From assembly GCA_963843975.1 (NCBI GenBank), contig CAWJMG010000001.1, forward strand, positions 1,290,001-1,322,000: DNA of 32,000 nt, given 5' to 3'. Position numbers and translations under genes: made by a program. The number at the start of each line of letters is the position of its first letter. The stretch's first letter is position 1. This document shows positions 1 through 13,837 of this stretch, one piece after another. The notes below the pieces were generated by a model that was not told the DNA's origin, did no database searches, and was given only the letters and a program-made list of their open reading frames with translations. The DNA comes from an uncultured Actinomycetes bacterium. GTDB lineage: Bacteria; Actinomycetota; Actinomycetes; S36-B12; CAIYMF01.

Positions 1-9
1 TGGTGCGGA

Positions 10-135
10 TCAGCGCAGGTCGGGAGCCGAGGTGGCCTCGGTCCAGAGATCCTGCTCCGCTCGCGAAGCACTGATCTGCTGGTAGACGACATAGCCGACC
101 GCGGCGAGGGCGGCGAGCACGAGCAGCTTCTTCAC
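10..135 (-). CDS. DLW-39 family small membrane protein (41 aa)
   Basis: Too short for the ORF track. GTG (rc of 133-135) follows GGGAAGGCAGGAACC. It translates VKKLLVLAALAAVGYVVYQQISASRAEQDLWTEATSAPDLR, with stop TGA at rc 10-12. One TM helix is followed by the AEQDLW motif typical of the small actinobacterial DLW-39 family. Nearly all codons end in G/C. Confidence 0.6.
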   Translation of the reverse strand: MKKLLVLAALAAVGYVVYQQISASRAEQDLWTEATSAPDLR

Positions 136-167
136 GGTTCCTGCCTTCCCGAGCGGGTGGGGCGTGG

Positions 168-245
168 TGGTGGGCCTAGATGGACTTGAACCATCGACCT
201 CTTCCTTATCAGGGAAGCGCTCTAACCAGGCTGAGCTATAGGCCC
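168..245 (-). tRNA. tRNA-Ile (anticodon GAT), 3' CCA encoded
   Basis: The rc reads GGGCCTA-TA-GCTC-AGCCTGGTTA-GAGC-G-CTTCC-CTGATAA-GGAAG-AGGTC-GATGG-TTCAAGT-CCATC-TAGGCCC-A-CCA. This is a full cloverleaf with a 7-bp acceptor stem, and the anticodon loop CT-GAT-AA gives GAU = Ile. Mycobacteria carry ileT in the same position after gyrA/Rv0007. Confidence 0.93.
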
Positions 246-283
246 CAGGCGTGCCGGAGAAGGCTACCCCAGCGGACCGAGGT

Positions 284-313
284 CCCCAAAACGGGGAGGT
301 CGTGAGGACGACC
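284..313 (-). terminator. terminator-like hairpins after the DUF3566 gene
   Basis: On the minus strand, 19 nt after the stop: GGTCGT-cctc-ACGACC (298-313), immediately followed by CCCC-GTTTT-GGGG (284-296). This contains the only T-run in the spacer. Confidence 0.4.
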
Positions 314-331
314 GTACGCCGAAGCCGCGAG

Positions 332-880
332 TCAGGAGTCCTCGGACAGCGTGACCTCGAGGCCGCCGGTGAGCCCGACCGAGAGGTTGTACAGGAACGC
401 GAACAGCGTCGAGAGCGCCGACACGAGCACGATCTCGATCGCGGCGAGGACGAACGCGATGCCCATGACGCGGTTGAAGCCGACGAGCGACTCGAAGTCG
501 AACGAGGTCGACGCCGTGCCCGCCAGGTCGTCGACCGTGCGGGCGATCGCGGCGAACACGCCCGTCACGTCGAGCGTCCACCACAGCAGCGCGAGCGCCA
601 TGACGATGACGATCGACAGCGACACCGAGAGCATGAACGCCGTCTTCATCACCGACCACGGGTCGAGCCGCGTGACCATGAGCCGCGCGCGGCGCGGACC
701 GGCCGGCCGCATCTGCGCCGTGGGCACAGGCTGCGGAGCACCCGATCCCGAGCGCGGGTCGAGCTGCGCACGCGGGTCGCTCGCCGGACGCTGCGGAGCC
801 ACCGTGCGCTGGGGGGCGGCCGTGCGCTCAGCAGCCACCGAGCGCTCCGTCGAGCGCGGGGTCGTGCCTGCGGTGTCCAC
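332..880 (-). CDS. DUF3566 domain membrane protein (Rv0007 equivalent)
   Basis: The C-terminal half, RARLMVTRLDPWSVMKTAFMLSVSLSIVIVMALALLWW...LYNLSVGLTGGLEVTLSED, is the DUF3566 signature found downstream of gyrA in Actinomycetota. The track ORF (to 1060) overlaps gyrA. I place the start at GTG 880, 13 nt after the gyrA stop and preceded by GGGGA. The start is uncertain. Confidence 0.8.
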   Translation of the reverse strand: MDTAGTTPRSTERSVAAERTAAPQRTVAPQRPASDPRAQLDPRSGSGAPQPVPTAQMRPAGPRRARLMVTRLDPWSVMKTAFMLSVSLSIVIVMALALLWWTLDVTGVFAAIARTVDDLAGTASTSFDFESLVGFNRVMGIAFVLAAIEIVLVSALSTLFAFLYNLSVGLTGGLEVTLSEDS

Positions 881-893
881 CGGTGGTGTCCCC

Positions 894-3524
<2,631 letters not shown>

Positions 3525-3589
3525 GAGGTTCCTTCGCAGTACGACGGGAAGCGGGAGGCGTGCGCCGTACGGCTAGATGTCGAGGCGGA

Positions 3590-5560
<1,971 letters not shown>

Positions 5561-5853
5561 GCGTGACCCCTCTGTCGTCCGCGCGCGAGGTGCGCGCTGC
5601 CGTGCTGTGCTGGTCGGGCCACCGGGCGCCTGCCTCACGGGAGCGCCCACCGGGGGCGAGCCCGGTGCCTGCGACCGGCCGGGAAGCCCAGGCACCCACG
5701 AGAGGTGCCGGAGCCCCGGAGAACTGGCCTTCATCCTACCGTGAGCAGGCCGTCAGAGCCGCTTTGGCGCCCTCCGTGAGTGGGGATATGTCGCCGGGGG
5801 TCACGCGGCTGTGGACGGGCTTTTCGTCCCCTCGGCCCCCGGTCGCCCCCCGA

Positions 5854-5873
5854 CGAGCCCGCCGGCGGGCTCG
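5854..5873 (-). terminator. perfect 20-nt GC palindrome after the DUF721 gene (possible terminator)
   Basis: CGAGCCCGCC/GGCGGGCTCG lies 17 nt downstream of the DUF721 stop. There is no U-tract, so the terminator call is tentative. Confidence 0.3.
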
Positions 5874-5890
5874 AAAGTCGACTCGGGGCC

Positions 5891-6475
5891 TCAGCCGTAG
5901 GTGTCGCGGGGGCCGCGACCCTTCACGTGGAGCTTGCCGTGCTTCCAGCTGGGGGCGGCCGGGCCGAGCACGGAGATGTCGCGGATCGTGCCGGGCCCGA
6001 GCTCGGCGTCGAGGCGCCGGCGCAGGTCGGGCAGCAGCGTGCGCATCGAGTAGGCCCAGGTGGAGGAGTCGGCGCGCAGGACGAGGAGCAGCCCGCGGCC
6101 GTCCACTGCCTGCTCGAAGGTCTCGGGCCGCACGTGCTCGGCGACGTCCGCCCCCACGATCTCGGCCCAGCGGCCGGTGAGGCCGCCGACGGCGGTCGGC
6201 TGCTCCCAGCCCCGCTCGCGCATGATCCGGTCGATCGACGACCCGAGCAGCTGGGGGTCGCGGGCGTCCGGGCCCGGGCCGCTGCGCGGATCCGGGTCCT
6301 GGCCCCGCGGCGTACGGCGGCGGCCCGCCGCCGTACGGCTGCTCACCCGCGGGTCGGGAGCAGTGCGCGAGGCGGCGCGGGCGCGGGCCAGCGCCTCCTT
6401 CGCGGCGTCGATGCCCGAGGGTGCGGGCGCCTCGATGGCGTCGCCGGGCTCGGGTGTGAGGTCGTCGTCAGGCAC
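5891..6475 (-). CDS. dciA: DUF721 domain protein (DciA-type, Rv0004 equivalent)
   Basis: 194 aa with a disordered N-terminal region followed by [46 protein letters not shown]...[18 protein letters not shown]. It sits in the conserved position between recF and gyrB. The GTG start overlaps the recF stop by 8 nt. Confidence 0.85.
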   Translation of the reverse strand: MPDDDLTPEPGDAIEAPAPSGIDAAKEALARARAASRTAPDPRVSSRTAAGRRRTPRGQDPDPRSGPGPDARDPQLLGSSIDRIMRERGWEQPTAVGGLTGRWAEIVGADVAEHVRPETFEQAVDGRGLLLVLRADSSTWAYSMRTLLPDLRRRLDAELGPGTIRDISVLGPAAPSWKHGKLHVKGRGPRDTYG

Positions 6476-7610
6476 GCGACACCGTCCCGGCGAGGACGTC
6501 GACCCGGTCGCCGACCAGCAGCTCGGGCACGTCGGCGGCGACGGCCGCGGTGACCAGCACCTGCTCGGCTCCGGCGACCAGCTCGGCGAGGCGCGCGCGG
6601 CGCATGGTGTCGAGCTCGGCGAAGACGTCGTCGAGGATCAGCACCGGCTCGCCGCCGTCCGTGCCGTCGCCGGTGAGCAGGTCGTACGACGCGAGCCGCA
6701 GCGCGAGGGCGAACGACCAGGACTCGCCGTGCGACGCGTAGCCCTTCGCGGGGGAGGGGCCGAGGCGCAGCAGAAGGTCGTCGCGGTGCGGGCCGACGAG
6801 CGAGATGCCGCGCTCGATCTCGTCGCGCCGCCGCCGCTCGATGCCGGCCAGCAGGATGTCGACCAGCGCAGCGCGGTCGGGCACGAGCTCGATGTCGGGG
6901 CCGAGGGAGGAGACGTACTCCAGCCCCGCCGGCCCGGATCCCGCGCTGACGGTGTCGTACGCCGTCGCCACCAGCGGGCCGAGCGCCGCGATGAGGTCGA
7001 GCCGCGCGGCCAGGATCTCGCCGCCGAGCGTGGACAGGTGGGTGTCCCACACCTCGAGGGTGCGGAGCACGTCGTCGGAGCCCCGGCCGCCCCGGCGTGC
7101 GGCCGCCGCCGACTTCAGGAGAGCGTTGCGCTGCTTGAGGACGCGCTCGTAGTCCGAGCGCACCCCGGCCATCCGTGGCGTGCGCGCGACGAGCAGGTCG
7201 TCGAGGAAGTGGCGCCGCTCGGACGGGTCGCCCTTCACGAGCGAGAGGTCCTCCGGTGCGAAGAGCACCGTGCGCAGCAGGCCCAGCACCTCGCGCGGTC
7301 GCGGCACCGGAGAGCGGTTGATGCGGGCGCGGTTGGCGCGGCCGGGGTTGATCTCGATCTCGACGATCGTGTCGCGGTCGTCGCGTGCGACCTTGGTGCG
7401 CACGACCGCGCGCTCCGCGCCGAGCCGCACGAGCGGGGCATCGGTGGCGACGCGATGGCTGCCCAGGGTGGCGACGTACCCGATGGCCTCGACGAGGTTG
7501 GTCTTGCCCTGGCCGTTCTGGCCGATGAGCGAGGTGATGCCGGGGCGCAGCTCGAGATCGACCTGCGCGTAGCAGCGGAAGTCCGTGAGCGACAAGGCGG
7601 TGACGTGCAC
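6468..7610 (-). CDS. recF: DNA replication and repair protein RecF
   Basis: 380 aa. Walker [17 protein letters not shown], an N-terminal LSLTDFRCY, and a C-terminal [11 protein letters not shown]. Confidence 0.97.
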   Translation of the reverse strand: MHVTALSLTDFRCYAQVDLELRPGITSLIGQNGQGKTNLVEAIGYVATLGSHRVATDAPLVRLGAERAVVRTKVARDDRDTIVEIEINPGRANRARINRSPVPRPREVLGLLRTVLFAPEDLSLVKGDPSERRHFLDDLLVARTPRMAGVRSDYERVLKQRNALLKSAAAARRGGRGSDDVLRTLEVWDTHLSTLGGEILAARLDLIAALGPLVATAYDTVSAGSGPAGLEYVSSLGPDIELVPDRAALVDILLAGIERRRRDEIERGISLVGPHRDDLLLRLGPSPAKGYASHGESWSFALALRLASYDLLTGDGTDGGEPVLILDDVFAELDTMRRARLAELVAGAEQVLVTAAVAADVPELLVGDRVDVLAGTVSRA

Positions 7611-7652
7611 GCGCTCGCTGCTCCTTGCTTCCGACGGGACGACTGGCGGGCC

Positions 7653-8774
7653 TCAGCCCGACAGGCGCACCGGCATGAGGAGGTAGCGGTACGCCGGGGC
7701 GCCCTGCACCGATCCGCCCGTGAGGACGGCCGGTCGCGTGGACGTCGTGAACGACAGCTTGGTCGTGGCGTCGTCGACGGCCGAGAGGCCGTCGAGGAGG
7801 TACTGCGGGTTGAAGGCGATCTCGATCGCGTCGCCGTCGACCGCGCACTCGACGGCCTCCGTCGCCTGCGCCTCGTCGCCCGCGCCGGCGCGCAGCTCGA
7901 CCTCGCCGCCGGAGAACGTGAGGCGCACCGGGGTGTTGCGCTCGGCCACGAGGGACACGCGCTTCACGGCGTCGACGAGCGCACCGGTCTCGACCGAGGC
8001 GACGGTGGCCGACTCGCTGGGGAGCAGCGCGCGGTACTTCGGGAACTCGCCGTCGAGCAGGCGCGTGGTGGTGCGGCGGCCGTCGCCCTCGAAGCCGAGG
8101 AGGCCGTCGCCGGCGCCGGACGCTGAGAGCGCCAGGTGGACGAGGTCGCAGTGCGCGAGCGACTTGGCGGTGTCGGCCAGCGTGCGGGCGGGGATGAGCG
8201 CGTTGGTCTCGAGACCCGCGACCTCCGGGGTCCACTGCAGCTCGCGGACGGCGAGGCGGTAGCGGTCGGTCGCGGCGAGGGTGATGGCCGAGCCGTCGAT
8301 CTCGACGCGGATGCCGGTGAGGGTGGGGAGGGTGTCGTCGCGGCCGGCGGCGATGGCCACCTGGGCGACGGCGGCGGCGAGCGCCGAGCCGGGGATGGTG
8401 CCCGAGGCGCCCGGCATGTCGGGCAGCGACGGGTAGTCGTCGACGGGCAGCGTGGGGAGCGTGAACGACGAGCGGCCGCAGCGGACCTCGACCCGGCTCC
8501 CCTCGGACGTGATCGTCACGGGTGCGGCCGGCAGGGCGCGGGCGATGTCGGCGAGGAGACGGCCGGACACCAGCACGGTCCCGGGCTCGTCGACGTCGGC
8601 GGCCACGGCGACGCGGCCGGACACCTCGTAGTCGAAGCTCGAGAGCGTGAGCCCTGCCGGGCCAGCCTCGACGAGCAGGCCCGCGAGCATCGGCATGGAC
8701 GGACGGCTCGGCAGGGTGCGGGCCGCCCAGGCGACGGCGTCTGCGAGGACGTCGCGCTCGAGCCGGAACTTCAC
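7653..8774 (-). CDS. dnaN: DNA polymerase III beta sliding clamp
   Basis: VKFRLERDVLADAVAWAARTLPSRPSMPMLAGLLVEA ... YRYLLMPVRL. The start is moved from 8786 to GTG 8774, because GGGAG lies 5 nt upstream of it. Confidence 0.96.
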   Translation of the reverse strand: MKFRLERDVLADAVAWAARTLPSRPSMPMLAGLLVEAGPAGLTLSSFDYEVSGRVAVAADVDEPGTVLVSGRLLADIARALPAAPVTITSEGSRVEVRCGRSSFTLPTLPVDDYPSLPDMPGASGTIPGSALAAAVAQVAIAAGRDDTLPTLTGIRVEIDGSAITLAATDRYRLAVRELQWTPEVAGLETNALIPARTLADTAKSLAHCDLVHLALSASGAGDGLLGFEGDGRRTTTRLLDGEFPKYRALLPSESATVASVETGALVDAVKRVSLVAERNTPVRLTFSGGEVELRAGAGDEAQATEAVECAVDGDAIEIAFNPQYLLDGLSAVDDATTKLSFTTSTRPAVLTGGSVQGAPAYRYLLMPVRLSG

Positions 8775-9633
8775 GATTACTCCCACAGCAAGGCCCCGCC
8801 GGGTGGCGGGGTGGACGTTCTACGTGCGCGTTTCTACACGGGTCGGGCCCGTGCGGTCGACCGTGCCGGCGTCTGCGCCGACGGCGGCGACCGGGGAAGT
8901 CGGGGCCATGCTTCCACGACCCACCCACCACGCGCAGGCCGCACCCCACAGGGATGCTTCCCGCTCCTGCCAGGCCAGCGTCGGACGAGGTGCGCGTCGG
9001 CTGGTACGTCGGCCGTCAGGTCGGCGTACCAGCCGCGATCGCGGGAGTCATCTGCCGGGCCGTACCCGCCCGGGACGAGCGCCTCGGTGCCCCCGCCGGA
9101 GGCGGGGTCGAGCTGTCGTCCACAGGAAGGCTCAGGGTGAAGGACCTGGAAATGACACCTCCATCACTCCTGTTGGTTGTCGTCATAGGGGGTGTGGACG
9201 GTGGGGACAACCGGCGACGCCGCAGGTCGAGCGGCGTGTCGGCGTCCCCCGGCCCTGGGGACGGAGCCTCGGGACGACGGGCCCGACCTGGGGACGATGC
9301 CGTCCCGCGTGTGGTTCGTCCCCCGTCGTCCCCAGGTTCCTGCCCGCCGGGCACAGGCCCGTCCCGAGGTCGTCCCCAGGCCCTGGTGAGCCGGCGGGGC
9401 CGCCGCGGACGTCCCCTGGGAGTCGGCGACATGGTGCTGTCGGCGATCTGGGGGTGCAGCCGGCGACGCGGAGGGGTGCCGTGACAGCAGGTGAGGCAGA
9501 CCTTCCACAGGGTTATCCCCAGGGTGGGGAGGACCGCCGAGTGGAGCGCGAGCATCGGTGCAGGTCACCGGGCATGCCTCGAATGGGTCGTGGAGACCCA
9601 GATCGGCCGTGCAGGACGTGCCAGGGGGGAGGT
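8775..9633. other. chromosomal replication origin oriC (DnaA-box cluster plus low-GC patch)
   Basis: Non-coding dnaN-dnaA spacer.
Plus-orientation boxes: 9116-9124 TCGTCCACA, 9326-9334 TCGTCCCCA, 9370-9378 TCGTCCCCA, 9501-9509 CCTTCCACA, 9513-9521 TTATCCCCA.
Minus-orientation boxes: 9193-9201 (CCGTCCACA), 9202-9210 (TTGTCCCCA), 9256-9264 (CCGTCCCCA), 9289-9297 (TCGTCCCCA).
The stretch 9143-9190 is about 52% GC by hand count and is a candidate unwinding element. Confidence 0.8.
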
Positions 9634-11124
9634 CTAGCCCTGGCGGGCGGTGCTCTTGATCCGGGCCGTGAGGTCGGTGACCTGGTTGTACAGCGACCGG
9701 CGCTCGGCCATGAGCTGGCGGATCTTGCGGTCGGCGTGCATGACCGTGGTGTGGTCGCGGCCGCCGAACGCCTGCCCGATCTTGGGGAGCGAGAGGTCGG
9801 TGAGCTCGCGGCAGAGATACATCGCGATCTGCCGGGCGGTCACGAGGACGCGCGAGCGGCTCGAGCCGCAGAGGTCGTCGACCGAGACGCCGAAGTAGGC
9901 GGCGGTCTGCATCATGATGATCGAGCTGGTGATCTCCGGGCCGGCCTGGTCGGTGATGAGGTCCTTGAGGACCACCTCGGCCAGGGGCAGGTCGACCGGC
10001 TGGCGGTTCAGGCTGGCGAACGCGGTGACGCGGATGAGCGCACCTTCGAGCTCGCGGATGTTCGTCGAGATCTTGGACGCGATGAACTCGAGCACGTCCG
10101 GGGGAGCGGAGAGCCGCTCCTGCGCGGACTTCTTGCGGAGGATCGCGATGCGGGTCTCGAGGTCGGGCGGCTGGACGTCGGTGATGAGGCCCCACTCGAA
10201 CCGCGAGCGCATGCGGTCCTCGAAGTCCTGCAGCTGCTTGGGCGGCAGGTCGCTCGTGACGACGATCTGCTTGTTGGCGTTGTGCAGCGTGTTGAAGGTG
10301 TGGAAGAACTCCTCCTGCGTCTGCACCTTGCCCGACAGGAACTGGATGTCGTCGACGAGCAGGACGTCGACATCCCTGTAACGGCGCTGGAAAGCGGCTG
10401 CCTTGTCGTCACGGATCGAGTTGATGAACTCGTTCGTGAACTCCTCCGAGCTGACGTAGCGCACCTTGGCACCGGCGTACAGCGTGCGCGTGTAGTGGCC
10501 GATCGCGTGCAGGAGGTGGGTCTTGCCGAGACCGGACTCGCCGTAGACGAAGAGCGGGTTGTAGGCCTTGGCCGGCTGCTCGGCGACTGCGACCGCGGCC
10601 GCGTGGGCGAAGCGGTTGCTCGAGCCGATGACGAACGTGTCGAAGGTGTACTTCGGGTTGAGGCGGCTGGACTCCTCCGTGCGCGTGCCGGGCGAGCCGG
10701 TGCCGGGACGGGCCTGGTCGACCGCGGGAGCGATGGCGGCCGGCTGGACGGGCACAGGGGTGACGACCGGCGCCGCCGCGACGGCGGACGAGGCCGGGCT
10801 GTCGGCGTACGTCGAGTCGGCGAGGTCGTCGGTGGCGTCCTCGTCGAGGTTGGGCGCGATGGTGGGGTCGACCGTGACGGCGATCCGGATCTCGCGGCCG
10901 AGCGTGCGCGAGAGCGCCTCGACCACGAGCGGGCGCAGCTTGGACTCCAGGACGTCCTTGGTGAACTCGTTCGGCGCGGCGACCAGCGCGGTGTCCTCGA
11001 TGAGGGCGAGCGGGCGGGTGAGGGAGACGAAGGCGCGCTGCTGCGGGGGGAGTGCGTCGCCGAGGGACTCGAGCGCCCGGGCCCACACCTCGGCGAGATC
11101 CGGTGCCGCGCTGTCGTCCGCCAC
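9634..11124 (-). CDS. dnaA: chromosomal replication initiator protein DnaA
   Basis: AAA+ core [23 protein letters not shown] and LLVDDIQFL, with DNA-binding domain [32 protein letters not shown]. The track ORF (to 11868) is over-extended through Arg/Pro-rich sequence. I use GTG 11124 ([19 protein letters not shown]), preceded by AGGGGA 5 nt upstream. Confidence 0.95.
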   Translation of the reverse strand: MADDSAAPDLAEVWARALESLGDALPPQQRAFVSLTRPLALIEDTALVAAPNEFTKDVLESKLRPLVVEALSRTLGREIRIAVTVDPTIAPNLDEDATDDLADSTYADSPASSAVAAAPVVTPVPVQPAAIAPAVDQARPGTGSPGTRTEESSRLNPKYTFDTFVIGSSNRFAHAAAVAVAEQPAKAYNPLFVYGESGLGKTHLLHAIGHYTRTLYAGAKVRYVSSEEFTNEFINSIRDDKAAAFQRRYRDVDVLLVDDIQFLSGKVQTQEEFFHTFNTLHNANKQIVVTSDLPPKQLQDFEDRMRSRFEWGLITDVQPPDLETRIAILRKKSAQERLSAPPDVLEFIASKISTNIRELEGALIRVTAFASLNRQPVDLPLAEVVLKDLITDQAGPEITSSIIMMQTAAYFGVSVDDLCGSSRSRVLVTARQIAMYLCRELTDLSLPKIGQAFGGRDHTTVMHADRKIRQLMAERRSLYNQVTDLTARIKSTARQG

Positions 11125-11220
11125 GTCGTTCCCCTGTCCTGACGGCCGGGGCCGTCGTCGTTCGTCTGGTGGGCCGGTGCTGCCGGCTCGCCGTGGTGCG
11201 GCCCGGCGGGGTGCCGTCGG

Positions 11221-11331
11221 GCGTCCACACGCTCGTCCACAGGTGTGGAACGACATGGACCGCCTGCGGCCGTACCGCAGGAGTGGGACCGTAACGGTCG
11301 TCGCGCGACCACCGTCAAGGGGTTGTCCACA
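11221..11331. promoter_or_regulatory. DnaA boxes upstream of dnaA (probable autoregulatory sites)
   Basis: Boxes: 11221-11229 GCGTCCACA, 11233-11241 TCGTCCACA, 11244-11252 TGTGGAACG (inverted), and 11323-11331 TTGTCCACA (perfect actinobacterial consensus). They lie 100-210 bp upstream of the dnaA start. Confidence 0.6.
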
Positions 11332-11746
11332 GGCGTGCGGGCCGGAGTCTGCCACGTCCGGCGGCCTGTACGGCGTGTCGGGCACCGGAGAACGGCCCCG
11401 GGCGGGAGGATGGGCGGTTCGCCGACGGACGCCGATGTGGCCCCGGCCACGGGCTCGCGGTTTGACCCCCGCGCGCGACGACCCGTACCGTGGACGGGCC
11501 GACGTCCGTCCTGACCTGCGACGACCCTGCCCAGCCCTCGTGCTGGCGGTTCCGAGCGGTCCGTACGACGACGGCGGCCCCCGCCGCATGCCTGCGCACC
11601 GTGCCTCCCGGACCTCCGGGGACCGGGGCGTCGGCGTCCGGTGGTGGCCGGCGGGAGACCGCCTGCTGCTGCCAGACCTGACCGGCCCCGGCCGGTCACC
11701 CACGCCCGGCCAGACCCCTGGCCTACGACGGTTCGGAGCCGACCCG

Positions 11747-11884
11747 ATGAGCAAGCGCACGTACCAGCCGAACAACCGCCGCCGGGCCAAGACCCACGGC
11801 TTCCGCCTCCGCATGCGCACGCGTGCCGGTCGCTCGATCCTCGCGGCGCGTCGCCGCAAGGGTCGCACCGAGCTGTCGGCCTGA
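11747..11884 (+). CDS. rpmH: 50S ribosomal protein L34
   Basis: [45 protein letters not shown] (45 aa). GGAG lies 9 nt upstream of the ATG. Confidence 0.97.
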   Translation: MSKRTYQPNNRRRAKTHGFRLRMRTRAGRSILAARRRKGRTELSA

Positions 11885-11910
11885 CGGTCCGTCCGGATCC
11901 CCCCGCGACC

Positions 11911-12315
11911 GTGCTGCCCCGCAGTGCGCGGTTGCGTCGGAGCCGGGACTTCAGCGAGACGGTGCGACGAGGCTCACGGGCCGGCAGGCCCCTCCTCGTC
12001 GTCCACCTCGACCTGGCGTCGGACGACACCGCCCCCACATCCCGCCCCGGGCAGAGCCCGCGGGCGGGATTCGTCGTGAGCAAGGCCGTCGGCGGCTCCG
12101 TCGTGCGGCATGCCGTCGTACGTCGCCTGCGCCATGTCGTGCAGCCGCGCCTCGACTCACTCCCGACCGGTGCCCACGTCGTGGTGCGCGCCCTGCCCGC
12201 CTCGGCGACGGCGTCCTCGGCCGAGCTGGCGACCGATCTCGACGGTGCGCTGGCCTCGGCGCTGCGCAAGGCGTCACGTGCTCAGGACGCCGCTGCTGCG
12301 GGGGCCGACGCATGA
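11911..12315 (+). CDS. rnpA: ribonuclease P protein component
   Basis: [33 protein letters not shown]...[23 protein letters not shown]. Conserved position after rpmH. The GTG 11911 start was chosen by similarity to typical RnpA N-termini; there is no clear SD. Confidence 0.88.
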   Translation: MLPRSARLRRSRDFSETVRRGSRAGRPLLVVHLDLASDDTAPTSRPGQSPRAGFVVSKAVGGSVVRHAVVRRLRHVVQPRLDSLPTGAHVVVRALPASATASSAELATDLDGALASALRKASRAQDAAAAGADA

Positions 12316-12719
12316 TGCGGGCCGTCGCTGCGGTGCGCCGAGCCCTCGGTGCCACGGTGGGCCGGGCGTTCGCGCTGCTGCTGACCGGGCTCGTGATCGG
12401 CTACCGCCGGCTCATCAGCCCGATGCTCGGGCAGCGCTGCCGGTTCTACCCCTCCTGCTCGGCGTACGCGCTCGAGGCGATCCGCGTGCACGGCGCGACC
12501 AAGGGCACGGTGCTCGCCACCTCCCGGGTGTGCCGCTGCCACCCGTGGAACCCCGGAGGCGTCGACCACGTTCCCGCCAAGGGCGCCTGGAAGCCCGAGC
12601 CCTACGTCCCGCTCACCACCTGGGACGACACCCCGAGCAGCGCCGAGGCCGCTGCCCCCACGACCCCCCTGGCCGCCGGTGAGTCCGGCGTCCCCACCAC
12701 GGACCGGAGTGCCGCGTGA
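12312..12719 (+). CDS. yidD: membrane protein insertion efficiency factor YidD
   Basis: YRRLISPMLGQRCRFYPSCSAYALEAIRVHGATKGTVLATSRVCRCHPWNPGGVDHVP. The ATG overlaps the rnpA stop (ATGA). It has a Pro/Ala-rich C-terminal extension. Confidence 0.9.
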   Translation: MMRAVAAVRRALGATVGRAFALLLTGLVIGYRRLISPMLGQRCRFYPSCSAYALEAIRVHGATKGTVLATSRVCRCHPWNPGGVDHVPAKGAWKPEPYVPLTTWDDTPSSAEAAAPTTPLAAGESGVPTTDRSAA

Positions 12720-13711
12720 GCTGGAACCCCATCAACTGGCTCGAGAACGTCGTCAGCTGGATCCTCATCCAGTTCCACACGCTGACGGGCGCGATCTTCG
12801 GGCCGGCCTCGGGATGGTCGTGGGCCTTCGCGATCGTTGGCCTGGTCGTCGTCATCCGCATCGCCCTGATCCCGCTGTTCGTCCGGCAGATCAAGAGCCA
12901 GCGCAACCTGCAGATCCTCCAGCCCAAGATCAAGGAGATCCAGCAGAAGTACGCGGGCGACAAGGAGCGCCAGAGCCAGGAGATGATGGCGCTCTACAAG
13001 GAGACGGGCACCAACCCGCTCTCCTCGTGCCTGCCGATCCTGGCCCAGGCGCCCATCTTCTACGCGCTGTTCCAGGTGCTGCAGGGCATCTCGATGGGCA
13101 TCGCCCGCGGCGTCATGACCCCCGAGCTGGTCGCCCAGGCCCGCGAGGCGACGCTGTTCGGCGTCCCCATCTACGCGACGTTCGTGGACGCAGCCCAGAC
13201 GCCGATGCCGACCGTCACGCGCATCTTCACGATGATCCTCATCGTCCTCATGACGATCACGACGTTCACCACGCAGCGCCAGCTGATCGTGAAGAACAGC
13301 GCCAAGGACAACCCGATGGTGCAGCAGCAGAAGATCCTGCTGTACGTCTTCCCGGTGATCTTCGCCGTCACCGGCATCAACTTCCCCGTCGGCGTGCTCA
13401 TCTACTGGCTCACCACCAACCTCTGGTCGATGGGTCAGCAGTTCTACGTCATCCGCAACAACCCCCAGCCGAACACCCCGGCGTACGAGGCGTGGGAGAA
13501 GCGCGAGGCTGCCAAGCGGGCGAAGAAGAACGGCGGGGTCGACCCGCTGGCTCCCCCGCCGCCCGTCGCCGCGCCGCCTGCCCCCCGCCAGCAGCCGAAG
13601 AAGCAGTCGCGCAGCAAGCGGAAGCCGCAGCAGGGCCAGCCGGGCGCGCTCACCGCGGGGGATAACGCACCCACCGGCCCCACCGATCCCACACCTGAGC
13701 CCACGAGCTGA
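12716..13711 (+). CDS. yidC: membrane protein insertase YidC
   Basis: 331 aa. Motifs: IRIALIPLFVRQIKSQRNLQILQPKIKEIQQKYAGDKERQSQEMMALYKETGTNPLSSCLPILAQAPIFYALF. The GTG overlaps the yidD stop (GTGA). Confidence 0.95.
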   Translation: MSWNPINWLENVVSWILIQFHTLTGAIFGPASGWSWAFAIVGLVVVIRIALIPLFVRQIKSQRNLQILQPKIKEIQQKYAGDKERQSQEMMALYKETGTNPLSSCLPILAQAPIFYALFQVLQGISMGIARGVMTPELVAQAREATLFGVPIYATFVDAAQTPMPTVTRIFTMILIVLMTITTFTTQRQLIVKNSAKDNPMVQQQKILLYVFPVIFAVTGINFPVGVLIYWLTTNLWSMGQQFYVIRNNPQPNTPAYEAWEKREAAKRAKKNGGVDPLAPPPPVAAPPAPRQQPKKQSRSKRKPQQGQPGALTAGDNAPTGPTDPTPEPTS

Positions 13712-13714
13712 CCG

Positions 13715-13730
13715 TGTTTCACGGGAAACA
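13715..13730. promoter_or_regulatory. parS centromere site 1
   Basis: TGTTTCACGGGAAACA. It has one mismatch to the canonical tGTTTCACGTGAAACa palindrome and lies 4 nt after the yidC stop. Confidence 0.8.
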
Positions 13731-13748
13731 CCCGGCGCCCCTGGTGCC

Positions 13749-13764
13749 CGTTTCCCGTGAAACG
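13749..13764. promoter_or_regulatory. parS centromere site 2
   Basis: CGTTTCCCGTGAAACG. Its 14-mer core GTTTCCCGTGAAAC has one mismatch to the consensus. Confidence 0.8.
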
Positions 13765-13837
13765 CCCCCCAGAACCCCTGGTGCGTACCCGCACCTGAAT
13801 GTCCGGTGCACGCGCACCCGAGCCAGGAAGACGACTC

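Noticed and set aside
8954-9555. ORFs inside the dnaN-dnaA spacer (8954..9484 plus strand, 9016..9555 minus strand, 9192..9389 plus strand).
   Set aside because: They overlap each other in the DnaA-box cluster and encode Arg/Pro/Gly-rich peptides with no SD. The region is better explained as oriC.
11490-11681. 63-aa Cys-rich ORF ([21 protein letters not shown]...ACCCQT) upstream of rpmH with fairly high GC3 (~86% by hand count).
   Set aside because: Second-position GC is also very high (~79%), whereas real genes here have much lower GC2. There is no SD, and the start sits on the putative rpmH -10 element. It is most likely non-coding GC-rich spacer.
11125-11868. N-terminal 248-aa extension of dnaA offered by the ORF track (9634..11868).
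   Set aside because: The extension is Arg/Pro-rich, runs through the DnaA-box cluster and into rpmH on the opposite strand, and has no homology to DnaA domain I. GTG 11124 with an AGGGGA SD gives a normal DnaA N-terminus.
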